DNA of 64,000 bases from Planctomycetota bacterium (lineage in GTDB: Bacteria > Planctomycetota > Planctomycetia > Pirellulales > UBA7805), in assembly GCA_036146215.1 (NCBI GenBank), contig JAYYJN010000079.1:1928-65927 (forward strand). Direction: 5' to 3'. A program made the position numbers and the translations under genes. Below the pieces are notes generated by a model, which searched no databases, had not been told where the DNA came from, and saw only the letters and a list, made by a program, of their open reading frames with translations. This document shows positions 38,843-46,215 of the stretch, piece by piece (within the stretch, counting starts at the first letter, position 1; every line of letters starts with the position of its first letter).

Positions 38843-40156
38843 TTATGACGAAGTGGAACCGGATGACTTTTCAAACGCAATGTGTCCGACCTGAATTTTT
38901 CCTTCCGCAAAACCTCCCGCGCCGTAGCACAAATAATAGTCCCATAACCTGAGGAACGGTTCCCCAACATCGAGATTGCGGATAGCAGCGAGGTTTTCAT
39001 GAAATCGCGCACGCCACTCGGTAAGTGTTCGGAAATAGTCTTGGCTGAAATTAGTCGCATTGACGAACCGGAGGTCCCCTGCTTCGGTCGCCTGCCGAAT
39101 TGCTCCCAATGACGGAAGAAATCCCCCGGGAAAAATGAATTGCTGAATAAAATCAGTCGAGCGTCTATATCGTGAATAATCCGTATCGGGCACCGTGATC
39201 GCCTGAATGATGGCTGTTCCCTGTGGCTTAAGCAGTGAAGCACACTTTTCGAAAAAGGTTTTTAAAAAACGGTGCCCGACTGCCTCGATCATTTCGATCG
39301 ACACAAGTTTGTCGAAGGTCCCGTCAAGGTCTCGATAATCCTTACAGACAACATTGATTTTTTCTGCCAAATTTTTTTGCTTAATCTTGTTTTTTACGTA
39401 AGAAAATTGCTTTGCGGAAATTGTGGTCGTTGTGACTCGACAACCATAATTTTCAGCGGCGAAAAGTGCAAAGCCGCCCCATCCGGTGCCTATCTCCACG
39501 ACGTGATCGTCGGAAGAGAGATGCAACGCCTCAGCAATCACACGATATTTTTGCATCGACGCTTCCCAAAGGCTACTCTCCGGTCGATCGAAAATACCGC
39601 AGGAATATGTCATCGATGAATCAAGAAAGAGGCTGAAAAATTCGTTCCCCAAGTCGTAATGTGCGGCGATATTTTTTCGACTTCCCTTTTTTGAATTCGG
39701 GTGCAATCGAGATGCGATCCAGTAGTACCATTGCTTGATTCGTGCAAGTCCGTGATTAATTTGTCGTAAATAACCTTCGTTTTTTGCAAAGAGCCGAATT
39801 ACGCCAATCAAGTCAGGAGTGGACCAGTCTCCATCAATGAACGCTTCAGAGGCACCGATTGCTCCACCTAATGCCAAACGTCTATAGCAACGCGGATTGT
39901 GAATGATGATTTCCGTCCCGGGACCATTCTGATCACCAAAGACACGGATCGTTTCCGTTTCCCTTATCGTTAGATGTCCATGTTGAATTTTGGAAAATTG
40001 TGCAAACAATCGGCGTCGAAAAAATGAAGTGCATCTCGATGGGCGGCTATCGTGCGAGACCATTGTCTGTGGCTGTGATGCAACCATGTCAACGTTGATA
40101 CCTACACGTTCTGCGCTGTTTTTGGGTGCGGATAAAAGGGGAGCTTTTTTTTCCAT
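38843..40156 (-). CDS. Cyclopropane-fatty-acyl-phospholipid synthase family SAM-dependent methyltransferase (long form)
   Basis: AHYDLGNEFFSLFLDSSMTYSCGIF, VVEIGTGWGGFALFAAE, VSIEMIEAVGHRF and a C-terminal YLCYGAGGFAEGKIQV block. An alternative start at ATG 40087 would remove the 55-nt overlap with the upstream gene. Confidence 0.85.
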   Translation of the reverse strand: MEKKAPLLSAPKNSAERVGINVDMVASQPQTMVSHDSRPSRCTSFFRRRLFAQFSKIQHGHLTIRETETIRVFGDQNGPGTEIIIHNPRCYRRLALGGAIGASEAFIDGDWSTPDLIGVIRLFAKNEGYLRQINHGLARIKQWYYWIASRLHPNSKKGSRKNIAAHYDLGNEFFSLFLDSSMTYSCGIFDRPESSLWEASMQKYRVIAEALHLSSDDHVVEIGTGWGGFALFAAENYGCRVTTTTISAKQFSYVKNKIKQKNLAEKINVVCKDYRDLDGTFDKLVSIEMIEAVGHRFLKTFFEKCASLLKPQGTAIIQAITVPDTDYSRYRRSTDFIQQFIFPGGFLPSLGAIRQATEAGDLRFVNATNFSQDYFRTLTEWRARFHENLAAIRNLDVGEPFLRLWDYYLCYGAGGFAEGKIQVGHIAFEKSSGSTSS

Positions 40157-40863
40157 AATCGAAATGCCTGATGGTAAATGGCCGTCACAATTTGAATTGT
40201 TAATAAAGGATAGCGTATTTGCATCCTTCGCAGGGTTGCGCGATTCAGTGCCCGACGCTGCAACTCCAATCCAGCGTGAAATAGTACTTGGTTTTGATGG
40301 ATGCTACGGATGCCAACGCACAGTTTCTCGCGAGGTATACCAATAGACCAGTCGTATATGTGATCCATGCTCATAAAAGGGGAGACGTGAAATGCTTTTT
40401 GGTGTCTGTATTTTAGTGCGTTGCCGCTTGAAAGTTGGTTCCCTTCCCAAAGAACGTACAGATGCTTCTCGTTCCAGGGAGTATTACTTACTTCGGCGAC
40501 AATTGCGATTAGCGTGGTGCCGTCCGCTTCGAAGCAGTAATACATGTTGAGTGGGCTAAAATAGTAACCCCAGGTTCGTAATTGTGTCAGCAGGCGTATG
40601 GGCCCATTGACCGAAATACCAGTTTTTGAATAAACCAGCTTTTTGATCGACTCGGATAGTCGCTCCCTCGGGTTTCCGAAGTGATCAGAACGTAGAAAAG
40701 AAGTCCACGCAAAACGCTCTCGGCGAATCCATTCTTTCGGACATGCGTGGTCTAACTCATCGAGGTCAAGATACGCCATATAGAGGCGATACTTGAATGC
40801 ATGGTCTCGGGGATGAAATCTCCGATGCTTAAGCATGCCTTCATAAAGATAGCTTTTTAGCAT
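40102..40863 (-). CDS. DUF1365 family protein
   Basis: MLKSYLYEGMLKHRRFHPRDHAFKYRLYMAYLDLDEL is the typical DUF1365 N-terminus. ATG 40863 overlaps the upstream TAA by 1 nt (TAATG). The track start 40884 is probably too long. Confidence 0.85.
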   Translation of the reverse strand: MLKSYLYEGMLKHRRFHPRDHAFKYRLYMAYLDLDELDHACPKEWIRRERFAWTSFLRSDHFGNPRERLSESIKKLVYSKTGISVNGPIRLLTQLRTWGYYFSPLNMYYCFEADGTTLIAIVAEVSNTPWNEKHLYVLWEGNQLSSGNALKYRHQKAFHVSPFMSMDHIYDWSIGIPREKLCVGIRSIHQNQVLFHAGLELQRRALNRATLRRMQIRYPLLTIQIVTAIYHQAFRLWKKKLPFYPHPKTAQNV

Positions 40864-42146
40864 TAGAGTTCTTTCCCAAAACATTTGGCAACGGTCAGAC
40901 CGCTTCGGAGCCCATCTTCATGAAAACCAAACCCCCAGTAAGCACCGCAGAAAAATGATCTATTTTTTCCATTGATTTCCTGCTGTCGCTCCTGCGTTGC
41001 AAGTGTCCCAGTTGAAAAAACCGGATGTCGATAACGTATTCTTTCTATCACGTGCCGATCGGAAATCATGCGGGTCGGATTCAAGGTAACACACAATGGG
41101 CGGGAGCACCCAAGTTTCTGCAGCCGATTGATATCATAGGTTACCGATGCAGGAGCAGTTGGTTCCTCGCCGACATGGTAGTTCCAACTGGCCCATGCGC
41201 GATGGCGATTTGGAAGCCAGCTATGATCGGTATGCAAGATTGCATCGTTTTGCTGATAATCGAATTGACTAAGAATTTCTGTTTCTAAATTCGTCGGATT
41301 GGCAATAAGCTTAAGCGTAGTATCGGCATGCGTTGCAAAAATCACCCGATCAAATTCAAAAGCACCTTCATCCCGCGTTTGAATCTCAACCCGGTCGGCG
41401 GACCGATCAACGCGTACAACCGGACAGTCGACTCGAATTGATTTTTTAAATTCCTTCGTCATAGCCTCGACGTACCGCTGTGCACCGCCGGGAATGGTGT
41501 ACCATTGAGGGCGATTGCGAATCTGTAGCAACCCATGATTGTTCAGGAACGCAACAAGAAAGTTTAAAGGAAATGCGAGAAATCGGTCGGCCCTGGCAGA
41601 CCAGATCGATGCACCGAGTGGCACGAGATAATTTTGGATAAAGAAATCACTATAACAATTTTCCTTTAAATAGCTCTGGAGGGTGAGACTGTCACCACAA
41701 CTTTGCAGGGCGAGTGGGGCTTCCCGATTAAACCGTCTAATATCGAGGAGCATTCTGTAAAAAGCCGGACGCAACACATTGGATCGCTGTGCGAAAAGGC
41801 CGTTTATTGAACTGCCCGAGTATTCCAGATTGCTACGCTCGCAACACACACTAAAGCTCATATCACTTTTTTGAGCTTTGATACCGAGTCGATCTAGTAA
41901 TTTGACAAAGCAAGGGTAGGTACGCTGATTGTAAACCATAAATCCCGTGTCGACGCGAAGTTGCCTCTGCTCAAATTCAATGGCGTGCGTGTGGGTATGC
42001 CCCCCGTTATGCGAATCTGATGTGAAAAGTGTGATGTCATGGTCGTTGTGGAGCAGATATGCACACGCATTTCCACTGATACCGCCTCCGATGATTGCGA
42101 TTCGCAGGCGTTGGTCAGGAGCCAGTGACATATCAGAGTGCTCCAT
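40863..42146 (-). CDS. FAD/NAD(P)-binding amine-oxidase / phytoene-desaturase-like oxidoreductase
   Basis: N-terminal Rossmann dinucleotide motif RIAIIGGGISGNACAYLL, and a C-terminal FCGAYWGFGFHEDG block typical of this family. Confidence 0.85.
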   Translation of the reverse strand: MEHSDMSLAPDQRLRIAIIGGGISGNACAYLLHNDHDITLFTSDSHNGGHTHTHAIEFEQRQLRVDTGFMVYNQRTYPCFVKLLDRLGIKAQKSDMSFSVCCERSNLEYSGSSINGLFAQRSNVLRPAFYRMLLDIRRFNREAPLALQSCGDSLTLQSYLKENCYSDFFIQNYLVPLGASIWSARADRFLAFPLNFLVAFLNNHGLLQIRNRPQWYTIPGGAQRYVEAMTKEFKKSIRVDCPVVRVDRSADRVEIQTRDEGAFEFDRVIFATHADTTLKLIANPTNLETEILSQFDYQQNDAILHTDHSWLPNRHRAWASWNYHVGEEPTAPASVTYDINRLQKLGCSRPLCVTLNPTRMISDRHVIERIRYRHPVFSTGTLATQERQQEINGKNRSFFCGAYWGFGFHEDGLRSGLTVAKCFGKEL

Positions 42147-42175
42147 CCGCTAGAAGGCCTTCGACTGAGAGGGAG

Positions 42176-43102
42176 TCAAGCCTTAAAAATGTTTGTGACG
42201 CACGACTCAAGATCTTGCATGTGGTCACAATATGCGGTGCAATCCATTCTACTACGCACATCATCGGTAAGCGCGTTGCCGCCCATAATGATCGCCAATT
42301 GACTTCCTGCCGATTTGCGAAGTTGCTCATATTCAGAGAAAAAAGTTTCCTGTTTTATAATTGCTGAGACGCTAAGCCATAAAAGTTTGGGATTATATCT
42401 TTCAAGCGCCTTTTCAATGGTAGCAAATGGCAGGGAGACTCCTAAAGATACCGCGTTCCAGCCGAGTTCTCGAAGAATTAATTCAGCCATGCGATTTGCA
42501 ATCCGATAGCTATCTCCTGCGGGAGTGGCACCAATAGCGTACGGGGATCGTTCATTTGGAATCGGTAGATAAGATCGAAGTTCGATTAAAATGCTTTCAC
42601 AAATTTCGCCAGCACGGCGCTCCTGATAGATGTCCAAATTCCCATTCCGCCATTTCGAGCCGATCTGTGCGAAGCTGGGAGCGATCAGCTCATCAAATAT
42701 GCGTCCCAATCTTTCGTTTCCCAGATAGAGATCAAAAATTAATCGTCGGCAGACTTCATCTTTCCCATCAATGAGTGCTTGAGTGAGTCGGTCCACACAC
42801 GGCTCTGTGAAATTGATCTGTTTTGCTTTTCCGGCGGGAAGACCTAGCAATTCGGGCTCGGCCAGGTGGCGGTCGGATTTGCGGATGAACGCTACTACGT
42901 CCGCCGGATTCAAACGACGATGACCACCTTCAGTCCGCGACATCGGAATTAATCCCTGATCGCACCAGCGCTTTAACGAAGACTCACTCACCCCGATCGC
43001 TTTGGCGACCTGCTTTGGAGATACCGTCTTGGGAGCAGAGGAAACTGGGTTCTGTAGAGACATACCGCGGGCCTGGAACATATAAATGAACGTTTTGACC
43101 AT
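42176..43102 (-). CDS. MerR-type HTH regulator with a cobalamin-binding-like C-terminal domain (LitR/CarH-like)
   Basis: HTH VSPKQVAKAIGVSESSLKRWCDQGLIP. A helical-bundle region is followed by a Rossmann-like B12-binding-domain pattern AIGATPAGDSYRIANRMAELILRELGWNAVSLGVSLP...LLWLSVS...IIMGGN. The start may be an internal Met (43063). Confidence 0.75.
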   Translation of the reverse strand: MVKTFIYMFQARGMSLQNPVSSAPKTVSPKQVAKAIGVSESSLKRWCDQGLIPMSRTEGGHRRLNPADVVAFIRKSDRHLAEPELLGLPAGKAKQINFTEPCVDRLTQALIDGKDEVCRRLIFDLYLGNERLGRIFDELIAPSFAQIGSKWRNGNLDIYQERRAGEICESILIELRSYLPIPNERSPYAIGATPAGDSYRIANRMAELILRELGWNAVSLGVSLPFATIEKALERYNPKLLWLSVSAIIKQETFFSEYEQLRKSAGSQLAIIMGGNALTDDVRSRMDCTAYCDHMQDLESCVTNIFKA

Positions 43103-43234
43103 TTTTATGCCATAAAGGGGTCTTTGCCAATGGAAACAAATGTTTAATTCTGGAAAAATAGAGTTTTAGCGATAAAAATCACCGATTAGCGAATTAAGAC
43201 AGGTTGGTTCGCAGTATGCCCCGGACCAAACCCT

Positions 43235-43248
43235 TGAGACGGGTCTCA
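43235..43248. promoter_or_regulatory. Palindrome TGAGAC-GG-GTCTCA in the divergent promoter region; candidate operator
   Basis: Read directly from the sequence. It lies in the 201-bp interval between the regulator gene (minus strand) and the SRPBCC-SDR gene (plus strand). No functional evidence. Confidence 0.25.
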
Positions 43249-43303
43249 CAGCCAAACCCCTCTGAAGAGCTATTTGCGGACATAGAATCAAAGGAGTCTG
43301 TTT

Positions 43304-44716
43304 TTGATGGCCGGCCCACTGACACAATGCCGCTTCCCGGTAGCCCTTCCGGTCGCCCCTTCTGAGGCTTTTGCCTGGCATCAACGGCCTGGTGCTCTCG
43401 CCCGACTACTTCCGCCCTGGGAAAATATTCAGGTGCTGCGAAGGGCGGCCAATATCGATGTTGGGAGTCAGGTGGAATTTCTCACGCGCGTGGGACCTTT
43501 TCCTTTGCGGTGGCTCGCAGAACACACGGCCTGCTGCCCGCCGGAATATTTTGAAGATGTGCAGCTTCACGGACCTTTCAAGCATTGGCGACACCGGCAT
43601 CAATTTAGAGAAATGCCTGACGGAAAAACAATCCTCGAGGATCAATTGGAGTATAGCCTACCGGGCGGTCGGTGCGGTGCTTGGATTGCAAGACAATCGG
43701 TTGAAAAGAAAATTGAGAGAATGTTTGCTTTTCGACACGCTGTGACCCGTGCTGACCTTCAATCCCATGCTCGCTATCACAATCGCCAGCGGATTGCAGT
43801 AGGCATTACCGGTGCAGACGGTCTGGTGGGCAGTGCACTGACGGCATTTCTCACTACTGGTGGCCATAGCGTGACGGCAATCTGTCGTTCGCTGAGGGAT
43901 ACGGCTGCCCCAGAAAAAATTGTATGGAACCCAGGGTTTGATCAGGAATTGGATCATGCGTCTCATCGATGGGATGCGGTTATCCATCTGGCCGGGGAGA
44001 ATATCGCTCATCGTCGATGGACCGCAAAGCAAAAACGTGAAATATGGACTAGTCGTGTTGAAAGGACGCGCAGTTTTTGCGAGTCATTGGTATCTTTGCC
44101 CAAACGACCGTCTGTGTTGCTTGCTGCTTCTGCAACTGGATTTTATGCCGATTCGAGTACGACAGAAATTTCTTCGGAGGATGCACCGCAAGGAGAGGGG
44201 TTCTTAGCGGAATTAGCAGCAGCTTGGGAGGAGGCTTGTCGACCAGCAATCGAGGCTGGAATCCGAGTGGTGCACTTGCGATTCGGGATGGTTTTATCGC
44301 CTCGTGGTGGTGCACTTCGTGCAATGCTTCCGGTATTTCGCACCGGTATGGGTGGTAGGGTTGGCGCGGGAAACCAAATTTGGAGTTGGGTTTCATTGGA
44401 TGATGCCGTGGGTGCGATCCATCACGCTTTGATGGAGTCGGATATACGGGGGCCGCTAAACGTTGTTTCCCCTCAGCCGGTCACCAATGCACAGTTTACC
44501 GAGAAATTGGCTCGGGCGTTGCATCGCTGGGCTCCGGTTCCGCTGCCCGGCGGTATGGCAAAGATCTTTCTGGGGGAAATGGCCGACGCGATGTTGTGTT
44601 CCAGCATCCGCGCTACTCCGGAAAAATTATGCGACACTGGTTATGAATTCCGTGCTTCAGAATTGGATCACGCGCTGGATCACATGTTCGGTCTTGCGAG
44701 GGCATCTCGCAAATAA
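43304..44716 (+). CDS. Fusion protein: SRPBCC (polyketide-cyclase-like) domain plus TIGR01777/YfcH-type NAD-dependent epimerase/SDR with DUF1731
   Basis: The N-terminal ~150 aa are SRPBCC-like (HGPFKHWRHRHQF). Then IAVGITGADGLVGSALTAFL (Rossmann), HLAGENIAHRRWT and the C-terminal DUF1731 block. Confidence 0.85.
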   Translation: MMAGPLTQCRFPVALPVAPSEAFAWHQRPGALARLLPPWENIQVLRRAANIDVGSQVEFLTRVGPFPLRWLAEHTACCPPEYFEDVQLHGPFKHWRHRHQFREMPDGKTILEDQLEYSLPGGRCGAWIARQSVEKKIERMFAFRHAVTRADLQSHARYHNRQRIAVGITGADGLVGSALTAFLTTGGHSVTAICRSLRDTAAPEKIVWNPGFDQELDHASHRWDAVIHLAGENIAHRRWTAKQKREIWTSRVERTRSFCESLVSLPKRPSVLLAASATGFYADSSTTEISSEDAPQGEGFLAELAAAWEEACRPAIEAGIRVVHLRFGMVLSPRGGALRAMLPVFRTGMGGRVGAGNQIWSWVSLDDAVGAIHHALMESDIRGPLNVVSPQPVTNAQFTEKLARALHRWAPVPLPGGMAKIFLGEMADAMLCSSIRATPEKLCDTGYEFRASELDHALDHMFGLARASRK

Positions 44717-44768
44717 TCATTGCGGATTGATACTACACATCGGCAGCACCGAGAATTGTTGCACAGAC

Positions 44769-45518
44769 CTATTTTGCGAACGCACCGCTTCGTGGCCGTA
44801 CGCCGCCGTAATATCTCAGAATAGACCATGCGTTTGCCTCTCCGGTATCGCTTCGCTTGATTAGCAGTCGCACAAAAAAGGTTTTCTTTTTCAAGGGCGT
44901 CTCAAGGTAGCTCACTGTAAAAAGGCTCGTAATAATTTGGTTTTGTCTATCAGAACGAACATCCTCTGTTTGAAAAAAATTAGACCTTGCACGTCCATTG
45001 AGGGCGAGCAAGCATTTTACCAGTCGTTGGTTTTCAAATTTATGCAACTCGGTTTGCCCCTTCGCCGTTGTTTGATAGTAGTGCGCAAGTTGTCTTTCTG
45101 AGAGTCGGATATCAGGTTCAGTCAATGCGGACAACGCTCTTTCAGGTTTACCGGAGAGAATATTTTTTATCCAAGCATTTCCAAAGAGTTCGGCTTGTCG
45201 GGTAATTGCCATCTTCCGTAAATAATATTGCGTGGGGGCGTACGAGATTGTCAGCAAACTAAGGCAGAGGCCTCCGACTGCCAGTAAGCGAACGATAAAT
45301 GGCGGGTGGCATCGATTGAAATAGATCATAATGAGCGTGCAGCCAAGGAATCCCATCCCGCCACAGATCCACCAGGTAGGCCCGATAAGGGCACAAAGAG
45401 AAAAAGCTCCTAACAAAGTCGCCAGGAACCCCAAGCTAAAAAGCCTAAATAAATACTCGGGTGAGGCGGACGGGCAGTCTGACGAAAAATCTGCGCTGCT
45501 AGGGGAAGGCTCACTCAT
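44769..45518 (-). CDS. Hypothetical membrane protein (three N-terminal helices plus a soluble domain)
   Basis: 249 aa. Hydrophobic segments LFSLGFLATLLGAFSLCALI, WWICGGMGFLGCTLIMIYF and IVRLLAVGGLCLSLLTI. No recognisable domain. It starts 34 nt after the CvpA-like gene on the same strand. Confidence 0.55.
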   Translation of the reverse strand: MSEPSPSSADFSSDCPSASPEYLFRLFSLGFLATLLGAFSLCALIGPTWWICGGMGFLGCTLIMIYFNRCHPPFIVRLLAVGGLCLSLLTISYAPTQYYLRKMAITRQAELFGNAWIKNILSGKPERALSALTEPDIRLSERQLAHYYQTTAKGQTELHKFENQRLVKCLLALNGRARSNFFQTEDVRSDRQNQIITSLFTVSYLETPLKKKTFFVRLLIKRSDTGEANAWSILRYYGGVRPRSGAFAK

Positions 45519-45552
45519 GCCAACTGCATTTCTTGGATGCTGCGGGATTAGA

Positions 45553-46215
45553 CTACTTACCAGCCGTTAACGTCGGTTCTTGAATTATTCCGCTACCCCA
45601 GGTTCTTTGAACACGCAGTGCAGGAAGTGTTTCAAGCGTACCACGTCGAGCGCCATAAGTCAGAATAAATGTTCCCTTCGGATCGAAAACGTGCGAGGAG
45701 GGTGTTTCCGGATTCACGGGGCGGGCAAAGCTACCTTGCGAAGTCTTTTGCATCAGCGCTAACCAGTGTCTGTCGGGCGCGAACCAAAGCATTCGACTTT
45801 CGGGAGTCGACTGAAAATTTCCGCCAAAAGAATTCACGGCGAGAGGGGCTAAGTGAAGTGAAGTTGCTACAAGAGAGATCAGGATCCAACCAGTCCAGAG
45901 ACCAAAAAAGAATCCACCGGTCAGGTCGACCAGTTTAATAAAGCGAACGCGTACCCTCGATAGTCGTAGAGTTAGCAGCCTGATTGCGAGACTGAAGCCG
46001 GTGAAAATTGCCCAGAACGCGAGAAAATCGACAAAGTAACTGAAACTTGGCATCCAGATATCGAGTTGCAAAGCCACCGGTTCAAAAAAGTTCATCGTCA
46101 AAGTTCCCGCAAATAGCACGTTGAAGAACGTGAGCAGGCTGTGCCAGAGTCCATCCTTTCCGATCTCGGCAATCACGGCGAGCATAATCAACGTAAACAG
46201 GATAGCTAAAATCAT
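45553..46215 (-). CDS. CvpA-like (colicin V production family) integral membrane protein
   Basis: Four hydrophobic helices. The pattern ...GKDGLWHSLLTFFNVLFAG... and DLTGGFFFGLWTGWILISLV resembles the CvpA blocks G.vRGf.rE and D..lG..fG..rG. Its start overlaps the upstream stop (ATGA). Confidence 0.55.
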   Translation of the reverse strand: MILAILFTLIMLAVIAEIGKDGLWHSLLTFFNVLFAGTLTMNFFEPVALQLDIWMPSFSYFVDFLAFWAIFTGFSLAIRLLTLRLSRVRVRFIKLVDLTGGFFFGLWTGWILISLVATSLHLAPLAVNSFGGNFQSTPESRMLWFAPDRHWLALMQKTSQGSFARPVNPETPSSHVFDPKGTFILTYGARRGTLETLPALRVQRTWGSGIIQEPTLTAGK

